DNA from: Eukaryota sp. TZLM1-RC
Taxonomy: Eukaryota; Protista; Metamonada: BaSk clade
Direction: 5' to 3'
DNA length: 64,000 nucleotides
Assembly (NCBI GenBank): GCA_040285825.1
Contig: JAUPSS010000004.1
Span: forward strand, 1,364,001 to 1,428,000
Positions 11,998 through 23,690 of the stretch are shown piece by piece. The notes under the pieces were generated by a model. It saw only the letters and a list, made by a program, of their open reading frames with translations. It was not told where the DNA came from and made no database searches. Numbering within the stretch: position 1 is the first letter of the stretch; every line of letters starts with the position of its first letter. A program made the translations under genes and the position numbers.

Positions 11998-12479
11998 AAA
12001 TAAATGCAATATATATTATACTATTATATATAATATTCTATATATTTATTATATAGAATAAATATGTCATCATCATCATATACGTATCATTGCATAGTAT
12101 TTACTCATTTGTTCACATCAATGTATAATGGATAACGTTCAGCTACGGATAAATAATCATTTTATAATTAACATTCATATTGAATTGTTTTTAGTATGTA
12201 TTTGTGGAGACACCATCTTTTACCAAAGATAAGACACCGTTATTCATCAGTGAAATCAGAAAACGAAAACCCTTTTTCTTGCACAAAAGGTCCAGGGAAT
12301 TTTTCTTTTTATCCATTGAATCATTTGTTTTTGCTTCATTCTCCCCAGTTCCAAACTTTTCCTCTTTTTTCTTTTTCTTTTTTCATAGTTTTATGAAAAT
12401 AAAACCAATTATACAACCAATTGCTGAATATATGGAACATTTAAATAAGATGTTGGATGCTGTTGAAAAAAAAATTTTT

Positions 12480-13030
12480 TAGGATAAATTTATTTTCAAC
12501 GCTAACAAAACATTAAACAAAAAACTAGAACTCAATATCCTCAATACACGCATCAACATCATCAAATCTTTTAAGCGCGCGATTTTCATACTCTATTCCT
12601 AATTGTAACAGTGCTTTGGTCAACATTTCTGGAATTGCTTTAAGAATACTAAAAACAATTCTATTGTGCCAGAAATTGAAGTTCAATTCTTTTCCTGCTC
12701 TTTCTTTTATTAAACTTCTGAAACCTTCAAGAAATTTAATGCCAGATATTCCAATGTTACCAAAAAGAGAAACAGCAAATGGAACCAACTGATACTTAAC
12801 ATGCTCAACACGTCCTAGCTGAGATAAGGGTTCATTGTACTTTTTGATTTTGCTCTTTTCAGCAAAGCAAAGTGGAGTTTCATCTCTTTTAGCAAAGTCA
12901 ATTGCTGAGTCTTTACAAACATCAACAGTGACAACATCAACAACTTTAATAACACCATCAGACGCAGGGGTAATTAAATCAGCACGGCGTTTCCCAAAAG
13001 TATTTTCATTTTCATTTTCAGATGACAAAT
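12480..13030 (-). mobile_element. 5'-truncated RLE family C copy
   Basis: RRADLI..VDVVTVD..AEKSKIKKY..VPFAVSLFG; near-identical to 61470-62010. Confidence 0.88.
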
Positions 13031-13388
13031 GTTCAACCTTTTTTGGAAATAACAACAACAACAACAACAATGTTTCATCTCATTTTATTATATCTCATTT
13101 TATTATTTGTTGACCTTTTTTAGAAAAGTTATGAATCACCTTGACCATCAAATAGATCTAAAAAATGAAACAACACCAATATATAGAACCAAAATCAAAC
13201 TAAAATTTATACTATTAATATTATTTTATATAATAAATAGATATAGATATATATCTTAGTTAATAAATCAAACTTTGTTTTAAAGCAAACAGTTTTGTGG
13301 AATGACTGAAAATCTCATTTGGCAAGGTTTTCTTCTCTGGAATATACTTCCAAATGCCTCAACAAGGTTTCTGTTTGTCAGTACCCTC

Positions 13389-14173
13389 ATGAAGTTACAG
13401 TATGGTATCTCACATTCGTTCATTGTAGCTACCACAAACTACCCACTACGAGTGACGATGTATCATTTGGCCTGCAACAAGAGACGCATCTCTTGCGATT
13501 GGTTTACTTGCTGATCATCCTTGCCACGAGTGTGATTATACTACTTTTGGTGATCCTGCTCAAGCCAAATCCCCCTGAAAACCCAATTTGCCATCAGATA
13601 CTTGGTGTTATAGACAGTTTAAACACTATGGACATTGAAACTGATGATTCTATTCTCAGTTCGGTAGAAAGAGTTTCAACAGTTGAAAATAGAATCATCC
13701 AAGCTTTGCAAAACAGGTTGGTGCTAGTTAATCCTCAAGACTACTTCACCATTGGAGAGACCAACTATGATGAAGAACAAGTGGGAACATACAATGGGTG
13801 TGTCGAAGCACAAGATTGCAGAAGATGCTTCGAAGTCAACGCCATGTTCACTGATGTAGGAAGTCTTCTTGTAGAGTGTTTGAATCAGTACAATGAGTTC
13901 AATTGGGATACGTTTGATGCGTGCATCGATGTAGCCTTTGAGGGGACTGATATCAATGTAGGATACACTGTGTGCTCCGTGTATGTCAATGAACTAGGAC
14001 GGATTTGTGTCCCAATTTTGAAGTATCAGAGCAGACCGTTCATCTGGAACCAAGATCCGTTCTTTTTCTGTTTTAATCCTGAGTTTGATGCCACAGAATT
14101 AAAGAGGGTAACTGAATTCCGGAAGGAATATGTGGAAGAATGTGCAAAGAATGATGTAAAAGTTGACAGATAG
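13389..14173 (+). CDS. Novel type II single-pass membrane protein with Cys/acidic ectodomain; intron 13400-13428 (29 nt)
   Basis: ATG AAG TTA CA|GTATGG..TTCATTGTAG|C TAC gives MKLHYHKLP..; TM LVYLLIILATSVIILLLVILL; shares DYFTxGE, GTYxGC, CRRCF and PFxxCF with 18143-18967 and has the same intron position. Confidence 0.8.
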
Positions 14174-15153
14174 CGACCTTTATCGTATTGAAGATTAATC
14201 CATAAATGTGTAGTGTTGTGCTTTAAAAATGACAAATTGACATTAAACGAATATTAAAATTGTAGGCTGATATGATGCAATTTTCTGGAAATTTAGCATC
14301 AAATGTCAGTATTGTGCTAATTGATAATGGAGCAGACTAAATCATTTCAAACCTTTTTGCCGATATGGATAATTAACCTATCTCAAACGAGAAGTTTTTC
14401 CTTCAAAATTCGACAAAATTCGACAAAATTTGTGGTGAACGATGTGCTATTCACCATTCCAGCAAGTTGGAAAATCATATCAAAACTATAGAAGTATTTC
14501 ATGACAAGGAACATATGTCGTAACGTTTTCTTTTGAGCAAATCATTGCAGTAACTCAAAATTTAACCAGAATACAACTAAAACACAAAAAATTGCCATTT
14601 AATCTTTACTTGCCTTGTCGTTTTTCTATAAATAATAAATAAATGATAAAAAAATTTTGAATATGCAAATTGTGAATTTTTGGATTTTTTGAGAAAATTA
14701 TTTATGAAAATATGAATTCTTTTTCAAAAAACTGATTTTGGAAAAGAGTTACGGAATACTAATTTGTAATCATGGCATGCTGTGAGTTCTTTGAAGGAAA
14801 TACACGTGTAATGCTGCGCAAATTCTCGATTGAAGGGTGTCATTGTGAATGAGAAATCCTTCGAATTGTTTTTTGTAAAAACAGCTGATAGTTTTGAATC
14901 AAAGTTGAATCAGATTCCAATGGAGAAAAATTCAGCTAAAGAAGAAGTTTAGATGTTTGTGCAAATTCTTAATACAACCAATCAATCAATAGTTCGGTAA
15001 GACAAGCCCTCCGAAATTAGAAATCCAAAAACATGGTTTGTGAGAATAAAGAATCTTTCTGAAATGACAAATGCTAAAGACCACTAGAATATGACAGTCA
15101 TCATGCTATTCATAATCAATAATAATCAATTCTTAATATTTATGTGTGCATTA

Positions 15154-15560
15154 ATGTCAGGACTGTTAATCTTCCCTCAAAAAACCTACCCGTTAGGTTT
15201 TAGACACTCTCTGATGATCCCGACATTGAACATGCACTCTCGTCGATTCTGGCGGTGATAGCCATTGTGGCCGTTGTGTTTATCTATATTATTTCTCCAA
15301 ACACTCTTAAAGACAGAATTTGTGATCTGATCTGCGATGAAACTAGTTGAAAAATTATTGAAATTGACATTGACAAATTTCCCACTGAATCATACTAAAC
15401 AAAAATTCAATTGATTGGCCTCGAGTATGATGAATATTGTTTTGATTCTGATCCTGACAATCGTACCTCTCCTTGGCTTGAATCAACACTGGGCAGTGGT
15501 TTAAACTACGAATCTTTTTGCATAGCATATGATGGTGATAACGAAGAGAAGTTTTCTCCA
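15154..15560 (+). pseudogene. Pseudogene of the same type II membrane protein family
   Basis: ATGTCAGGACT|intron 15165-15196|G TTT TAG ACA CTC TCT GAT GAT CCC: an in-frame TAG where the paralogue has CAG; TM and ICDLI retained, then deleted or decayed. Confidence 0.7.
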
Positions 15561-15764
15561 ATACAAAACAAAATACAATGCACGTGTGGGCAGTGTTCTA
15601 AATTGTTGAGCTATAATTATGTAGTGATTCTATTGAACCCTCAATAATTCAAGTTTTATTGCCAAATTCAAGTTCTATTCATTTTTATAACTACTTTTAG
15701 AATGTTGATTATTTGAAAGCAGAATTCTAACAAAGTATGCCATTCTGTTTCATACAATTGATCG

Positions 15765-15939
15765 GATTCAATTTGCCATTATTAATAGATTACCGCGGTT
15801 TTTCAATCGAATTAGAGAAGCTTTAGCTAGACAGCAAGCAAATCAAGATTTTGTAGAGGAAATCTTGGTTTAATGATAGTCGTCCCATTAGTTATGATTT
15901 AATTTAATCAAGTGTGCAAATTCAATAAATTAATAATCT
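15765..15939 (+). mobile_element. 175-bp 5'-truncated RLE family B insertion with a 12-bp TSD
   Basis: Matches the 3' end of the 29055-30620 element; TACAATTGATCG at 15753-15764 and 15940-15951. Confidence 0.92.
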
Positions 15940-16610
15940 TACAATTGATCGCATTTTTGACATCTCTATTTTGGGCAAAAATTAAATGAGCTGAATCACC
16001 CATATTCGACAAAATTCTATTCAATCAAAATTAAAAACAAAATTTTTAAATAAAATGTTTTAATTCAAAAGATCATGGTTCAACTCTAGTCAAATATTGT
16101 GAATTGTAAATTATTTCATTTTGGGAGTATTGACAAAATGAAAAGCAATATTCTATTTTTAAAAAAACTGACTCAGCTTCTTACATACTAAATATTGATG
16201 AAGTATATTATCATAAACATATATTTACAGTTGTTGTTGTCGAAAAATCGTCATCTAAACATACAAAAATTCTATTGCTTCAATTGGTTTTACAAATATA
16301 GAAAGGAGATCCGACATCACTGTTGATAGAAAATCAAATATAACGAAGCTTCATGTTGATTATTCTACATTAAATTTTCGAAATCAATGAAGCATTTTGA
16401 TATGTTGTTCATATTGGTAAATGAATCAATTTCAGCATTGAGATGATTAATCCACTTCACAGAGCAACCCCGAGTAATCCCGTCATCAATTTTCAACAGA
16501 ACGAAACAAAAACAAACTTTGTTTGAATTCAATTGACTCGGTAAGACTTTATGAGACCATGTTTTCAAAGAATTCGCTGTAAACCCACCATTCTTAAATC
16601 TACTTTCCAT

Positions 16611-16820
16611 ATGCCGTGTGCCTGTAAAACTACTGGATCTGAGAAATGCGATTGTAAGACTCGCTGCCATTGTACTCGAGGATGTCTGTGTGAGGAGTGT
16701 GAAGGTGTGAGAGGTGGTTTGAATGCATGTGCTTGTAGAGAGGGTGGCAGGTGTAGTTGTACAGCTGAGACTTGTAGATGTGCAAAAGGATGTGTCTGCT
16801 GCCTCCAACATAGTCATTAA
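16611..16820 (+). CDS. Metallothionein-like small Cys-rich protein (69 aa, 18 Cys)
   Basis: MPCACK..CDC..CHC..CLC..CAC..CSC..CRC..CVCC: eight CxC motifs, no aromatic residues; AATAAA at the stop. Confidence 0.75.
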   Translation: MPCACKTTGSEKCDCKTRCHCTRGCLCEECEGVRGGLNACACREGGRCSCTAETCRCAKGCVCCLQHSH

Positions 16821-18057
16821 TAAATGTTGTTGAAACACAGGTTTCACTGCATGGAAACTGTAATCTAACAAATGGAATCAACCAGTGATTGAAGTAACAG
16901 AAACCTATTTAATCAAGAAGTTTTTATGGCGTTTACCAGGGTTCCTTCCAACAAAAACTTCAGGGGAGACGTTGATTGACATCCTAATATCAATTTCAAT
17001 GCTTCATTTATCGACTCACATTAAAGAGATTCAAGGACACATTTGAGTTATACGAATTTCCAGTTCCCAAAATACAACCGCATTCTCAACATTCTCTGGC
17101 AAGTTGTTCCTAAGATCCCAGTATTGGGGAATTCAATAAATTTGATTCTAAATTCCTTGTTCAATTCTTTATAAAATCACAGTGGTTTTTCATTTGCTGT
17201 TAGTTCTAAACAAATGTGGAATGAGCATTTTGCACTCCTTTAACAACCTTGCTGAAAATAACAATTCGTGTTCCCAGACACTCACCAACAAATCAACGGT
17301 AAGGCAATCAAAGGCAGTTTTGCTGACCATGATAAAATTATTGATTATTATTATTATTCCCAATAACTGATGCCATTGATTTTTACTACACTCCATTTAA
17401 AGAAATGTTCACTTTTTGCTCCAACAGTGACTTTGTGTACAATCAAAATGAAGCTTGGATTCATGGAAAGATTTTTTGGACCAGCTTTTGTTATATCACC
17501 CTGTAACTGCTATTTCAAAAAACTCATCTGCCTCGTGTAACTTTTTCAAGTTCTGCCATAAGTTCACTGAATAATTAATAAACCATCATGAGCTTTAGTT
17601 TAATTTACATGTTTTAAAGAACCAATTAAAAATATTGTTTTATTAGTCAATATGATGGCCATTATTATTTATTCAAAACATTCAAAATATTTCAAAAATA
17701 TTCATTAGAACAACAGTTTCAGAGGCCAAAATCAATCGTTAGAACAACAGTTTCAGAGGCCAACAGTACGATGGTTAAGTCGAGATGAATGTGATTTTAT
17801 TAGGTAATATCGATTAATCAAAGCATTCAGACAATACAAATAAAGGTAGCAGCCCGCCATGAACTGGGTCATATCATAAGGGTATTGCAGAGAAGTTTTC
17901 CTTACTGAACGTCACAGTGGTCATTCATAACCAGTAACCACAACACTTTCTCCTTGACTAATCGTAGCACTACCTACACCTGCATCACTCCTAGTAGCTC
18001 TTCATCTAGCAAACGCTACCTCATTCTACACCATATTTACCCTCTCTACGGTGATCT

Positions 18058-18086
18058 TTACAGTGAACTGTAATCTGTTCTACAGT
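18058..18086. promoter_or_regulatory. Cluster of three (T/C)TACAGT motifs upstream of the ATG at 18143
   Basis: TTACAGT 18058, ACTGTAA 18067, CTACAGT 18080; a similar triple cluster lies at 32406-32435. Confidence 0.4.
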
Positions 18087-18142
18087 GCCCTTTAAAAGCG
18101 AAAAGCTTCACCTACCATCCATAATCTTTGTTCTCATTGATC

Positions 18143-18967
18143 ATGACCTTGAAGTTTGTTTTCCTCTAAGTCTTAACCACTAGGTTCCAGAAACTCTCAG
18201 ACGATCCTGATGTTAAGCATGCTCTTTCAGTCATCCTTGTGGTGATTGCCATTGTAGTGATTGTCTTTTTCTTTTTCTTCATTGGACCCAAGCCTCCCAA
18301 GAAGACTATCTGTGATCTGATCTGGAAAACCATTGATGGATTAGACGATCCTTTTGTTGTTACAATTGACGACGACGTCTTTCCCACTACCTCAAACGAT
18401 AGAGTAGAAGCAGTGACTGAAGCACTCGCTGAGGAAATTTCAGACCTTATTCCTAATGGTGAAGACCCTACTGATTATTTTACCCTGGGTGAACAACAAT
18501 ATGATCAGGATTCTGGCCAAGGCACCTATGTTGGTTGCATTGAAAACAAAAAATGCAGAAGGTGCTTCACTATTAATGTACAAATTAATGATGCTGCTCA
18601 AAGACTTGCTCAGTGTGTTCGGGAGATTGACACCGATGATGTATCTCTACCAACCCAATCTGTTGTCACAAGAGATGATGATCCACTCAATCCTTTTTTC
18701 GAAGAGGTTCGAGACGAATGTGTTGATGATGATGAATTGTTGTTTGGAATTATTCAACGCCAAGATGATGACCGCATGTGTCTTGTCTTCAGTGCAGAGG
18801 ACCCTACGGATGACCCTGAACCCTTTATTTTGTGCTTCGATTATGACTTCAACAACGATGGTAAGAAGAAGGCCAAGAAACTCACCAAGAAACGTCTTCT
18901 CAAAACCAAGAGTAAGAAGGTTAAAAGAGTTAAAAAATCCCGCCTTTCAAAAAAGTTGAAGGTTTAG
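18143..18967 (+). CDS. Novel type II membrane protein with acidic Cys-containing ectodomain and Lys-rich tail; intron 18154-18183 (30 nt)
   Basis: ATG ACC TTG AA|GTTTGT..TTAACCACTAG|G TTC gives MTLKFQKLSDDPDVKHALSVILVVIAIVVIVFFFFFI, in frame with ORF 18239-18967. Confidence 0.82.
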
Positions 18968-20596
18968 GTAGTTTTTTGTGTTTTGTGAATAAAAACTGTT
19001 GAAATTGGATTGTATCATTTGTTAAAAAAACTTTTTCTTTGAAACGTTTGAAATAACTGCATCACCATTTTTGGAAAGGGAAGAGTATCAAAATTCAACT
19101 TTGTCCACAATATAGGGCAAACAAATATGGTGGAATAAGAAAGATTCTGTGTCCGGTCGCTTAACACAGCGTGTTTACTCACTATACTCAAGTCCTAAAA
19201 CTAATGTTCTTTATATCAACATTTTCACATACATGAGCTCAAGGGATTATGAAAAAAATTCAATAGAAATGTATTTGTACAGAGTGTACTGTTTGGTATT
19301 TTTTGTAGGGGCATTAATGTTCGATGCACTCGATTACTTAGGTATTAAACAATGAAATTTTTTCAACACTATTTAATTGAAACACCTGACCATCGTATTA
19401 ATCAATACAGGGATAAGTATAGTTTTTTCATTTTCAGAAGACAATTAAATTGTAAAATCAGGCTGAAGTGAATCATAAAAGTTCAAATCAGTACAAACTG
19501 AACAAGCAGTACATTTGTAAATTCGACAGCTCCACTCAAACACAAGGCATTGCTTGGAATTTCAGACAAAACTTTTGTGAAAATTTAAATTCCATTTCAA
19601 AATGTTGTTAAAGGGAATCACTTTGAACCTTTCCAATTCTACTTGTCAATTGTTTGAAAATAGCTATGAGTCTATGCAAATGCTTTGCCATCATATTTCG
19701 AACTGGTTCTGTCAATAATCCAATTTTGATTTTCATATCGAATTTTTTTGTTGATGAATAAAGGATGAACACCCAACCACCTTGGTTTTGCAATAAACAT
19801 GTATTTGTTTCACTACCCATTGAAAAAAAGTCTCTTTTAGCATCATCGTGTATCGAATCAATTTCAGGAATTGTGTATTGACAGAATGTTGTGGGGTTCG
19901 GATGCATCATTATCCTTGTATAAACGGTTAACAAACAGAAACGGGGGTTTATCACAAGGAAAGAGAATAATCAGAGACAAGAATTTCTCTCTGCAGATAA
20001 ACTAGTGATGACGTGTCATCACGTGATACTGTAAATAATAATAAACTATAACTACATTGGCTATGAGCCTACAATGTAAAGGTATCGTGAAGGATCGTTG
20101 ACAGTAACTGTTAATCAGTAATAATGAACCAATAATTGCACAGAATTTAATAAAAGTGTTTTCATCAAAGTCTTCAGTCAATCTTCATCACACAATTCAA
20201 ATTTTGAAATTTTTTGTTCTAATCTAAATGATTGATATGCAAACATTAATGCCCCTACAAAAAATACCAAACAGTACACTCTGTACAAATACATTTCTAT
20301 TGAATTTTTTTCATAATCCCTTGAGCTCATGTATGTGAAAATGTTGATATAAAGAACATTAGTTTTAGGACTTGAGTATAGTGAGTAAAGACGCTGTGTT
20401 AAGCGACCGGACACAGAATCTTTCTTATTCCACCATATTTGTTTGCCCTATATTGTGGACAAAGTTGAATTTTGATACTCTTCCCTTTCCAAAAATGGTG
20501 ATGCAGTTATTTCAAACGTTTCAAAGAAAAAGTTTTTTTTAACAAATGATTCAATCCAATTTCAACAGTTTTTATTCACAAAACACAAAAAACTAC

Positions 20597-21421
20597 CTAA
20601 ACCTTCAACTTTTTTGAAAGGCGGGATTTTTTAACTCTTTTCACCTTCTTACTCTTGGTTTTGAGAAGACGTTTCTTGGTCAGTTTCTTGGCCTTCTTCC
20701 TACCATCGTTGTTGAAGTCATAATCGAAGCACAAATTAAAAGGTTCAGGGTCATCCGTAGGGTCCTCTGCAGCGAAGACAAGACACATGCGGTCATCATC
20801 TTGGCGTTGAATAATTCCAAACAACAATTCATCATCATCAACACATTCGTCTCGAACCTCTTCGAAAAAAGGATTGAGTGGATCATCATCTCTTGTGACA
20901 ACAGATTGGGTTGGTAGAGATACATCATCGGTATCAATCTCCCGAACACACTGAGCAAGTCTTTGAGCAGCATCATTAATTTGTACATTAATAGTGAAGC
21001 ACCTTCTGCATTTTTTGTTTTCAATGCAACCAACATAGGTGCCTTGGCCAGAATCCTGATCATATTGTTGTTCACCCAGGGTAAAATAATCAGTAGGGTC
21101 TTCACCATTAGGAATAAGGTCCGAAATTTCCTCAGCGAGTGCTTCAGTCACTGCTTCTACTCTATCGTTTGAGACAGTGGGAAAGACGTCGTCGTCAATT
21201 GTAACAACAAAAGGATCGTCTAATCCATCAATGGTTTTCCAGATCAGATCACAGATAGTCTTCTTGGGAGGCTTGGGTCCAATGAAGAAAAAGAAAAAGA
21301 CAATCACTACAATGGCAATCACCACAAGGATGACTGAAAGAGCATGCTTAACATCAGGATCGTCTGAGAGTTTCTGGAACCTAGTGGTTAAGACTTAGAG
21401 GAAAACAAACTTCAAGGTCAT
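20597..21421 (-). CDS. Inverted duplicate of 18143-18967; intron 21381-21410
   Basis: Mirror copy in the right palindrome arm with four amino-acid differences in the translated ORF. Confidence 0.82.
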
Positions 21422-22751
21422 GATCAATGAGAACAAAGATTATGGATGGTAGGTGAAGCTTTTCGCTTTTAAAGGGCACTGTAGAACAGATTACAGTTCA
21501 CTGTAAAGATCACCGTAGAGAGGGTAAATATGGTGTAGAATGAGGTAGCGTTTGCTAGATGAAGAGCTACTAGGAGTGATGCAGGTGTAGGTAGTGCTAC
21601 GATTAGTCAAGGAGAAAGTGTTGTGGTTACTGGTTATGAATGACCACTGTGACGTTCAGTAAGGAAAACTTCTCTGCAATACCCTTATGATATGACCCAG
21701 TTCATGGCGGGCTGCTACCTTTATTTGTATTGTCTGAATGCTTTGATTAATCGATATTACCTAATAAAATCACATTCATCTCGACTTAACCATCGTACTG
21801 TTGGCCTCTGAAACTGTTGTTCTAACGATTGATTTTGGCCTCTGAAACTGTTGTTCTAATGAATATTTTTGAAATATTTTGAATGTTTTGAATAAATAAT
21901 AATGGCCATCATATTGATTAATAAAACAATATTTTTAATTGGTTCTTTAAAACAATTAAATTAAACTAAAGCTCATGATGGTTTATTAATTATTCAGTGA
22001 ACTTATGGCAGAACTTGAAAAAGTTACACGAGGCAGATGAGTTTTTTGAAATTGCAGTTACAGGGTGATATAACAAAAGCTGGTCCAAAAAATCTTTCCA
22101 TGAATCCAAGCTTCATTTTGATTGTACACAAAGTAACTGTTGGAGCAAAAAGTGAACATTTCTTTAAATGGAGTGTAGTAAAAATCAATGGCATCAGTTA
22201 TTGGGAATAATAATAATAATCAATAATTTTATCATGGTCAGCAAAACTGCCTTTGATTGCCTTACCGTTGATTTGTTCGTGAGTGTCTGGGAACACGAAT
22301 TGTTATTTTCAGCAAGGTTGTTAAAGCAGTGCAAAATGCTCATTCCACATTTGTTTAGAACTAACAGCAAATGAAAAACCACTGTGATTTTATAAAGAAT
22401 TGAACAAGGAATTTAGAATCAAATTTATTGAATTCCCCAATACTTGGATCTTAGGAACAACTTGCTAGAGAATGTTGAGAATGCTGTTGTATTTTGGGAA
22501 CTCATATGGGAAATTCGTATAACAACTCAAAAGTGTCCTTGAATCTCTTTAATGTGAGTCAATAAATGAAGCATTGAAATTGATATTGGAATGTCAATCA
22601 ACGTCTCCCTTGAAGTTTTTGTTGAAAGGACCCTGGTAAACGCCATAAACACTTCTTGATTAAATAGGTTTGTGTTACTTCAATCATTGGTTGATTCCAT
22701 TTGTTACATTAAAGTTTCCATGTAGTGAAACCTCTGTTTTAACAACATTTA

Positions 22752-22961
22752 TTAATGACCATGTTGGAGGCAGCAGACACATCCTTTTGCACATCTACAA
22801 GTCTCAGCTGTACAACTACACCTGCCACCCTCTCTACAAGCACATGCATTCAAACCACCTCTCACACCTTCACACTCCTCACACAGACATCCACGAGTAC
22901 AATGGCAGCGAGTCTTACAATCGCATTTCTCAGATCCAGTAGTTTTACAGGCACACGGCAT
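22752..22961 (-). CDS. Inverted duplicate of the metallothionein-like gene
   Basis: Identical protein except the penultimate residue (S to G). Confidence 0.75.
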   Translation of the reverse strand: MPCACKTTGSEKCDCKTRCHCTRGCLCEECEGVRGGLNACACREGGRCSCTAETCRCAKGCVCCLQHGH

Positions 22962-23481
22962 ATAGAAAGTAGATTTAAGAATGGTGGGTTTACAGCGAAT
23001 TCTTTGAAAACATGGTCTCATAAAGTCTTACTGAGTCAATTGAATTCAAACAAAGTTTGTTTTTGTTTCGTTCTGTTGAAAATTGATGACGGGATTACTC
23101 GGGGTTGCTCTGTGAAGTGGATTAATCATCTCAATGCTGAAATTGATTCATTTACCAATATGAACAACATATCAAAATGCTTCATTGATTTCTAAAATTT
23201 AATGTAGAATAATCAACATGAAGCTTCGTTATATTTGATTTTCTATCAACAGTGATGTCGGATCTCCTTTCTATATTTGTAAAACCAATTGAAGCAATAG
23301 AATTTTTGTATGTTTAGATGACGATTTTTCGACAACAACAACTGTAAATATATGTTTATGATAATATACTTCATCAATATTTAGTATGTAAGAAGCTGAG
23401 TCAGTTTTTTTAAAAATAGAATATTGCTTTTCATTTTGTCAATACTCCCAAAATGAAATAATTTACAATTCACAATATTTG

Positions 23482-23690
23482 TTATCTGTTTGGTGCTTAA
23501 GTTGATTTTCCTAAGAATAATAGAATTGATGTCATATTACCCGGATTAGATGGAACCTTCTTTTTAGTGGAAGTAATGTCTGTTGATCCTTGTAGTGTTT
23601 TTAAGTGAAATTCTTGCTTATTCTGAAATTAATAATCTTCTTTCAATTGATAAGTTTTCCAAAATCAAAAAATACATTAAATCTATATAA
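23482..23690 (+). mobile_element. Decayed RLE fragment abutting the palindrome end
   Basis: Translates to NNRIDVILPGLDGT..VMSVDPC, compared with NNRGDVILPGLDGS of family A. Confidence 0.7.

Larger units (their letters stand above)
16091..23481. repeat. Large inverted duplication: arms 16091-19321 and 20242-23481, 920-bp spacer
   Basis: All ORFs are mirrored (16551/22752, 17190/22168, 18239/20597, 19149/20178) with only scattered substitutions and small indels. Confidence 0.96.

Noticed and set aside
11818-12148. ACGTTCAGCTACG direct repeat around a retroelement 3' fragment as a TSD
   Set aside because: The repeats are not adjacent to the element ends.
16365-16871. Antisense and overlapping ORFs (e.g. 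16365-16871, 18456-18959, 10049-10351, 60149-60532)
   Set aside because: Shadows of real genes on the opposite strand or in alternative frames; no independent motifs.
17705-17763. 25-bp direct repeat ttagaacaacagtttcagaggccaa x2
   Set aside because: Only two copies; a simple local duplication (mirrored in the other arm).
16091-23481. TIR/foldback transposon or Polinton
   Set aside because: No target-site duplication, no transposase, integrase or PolB; the arms contain host-like intron-bearing genes.
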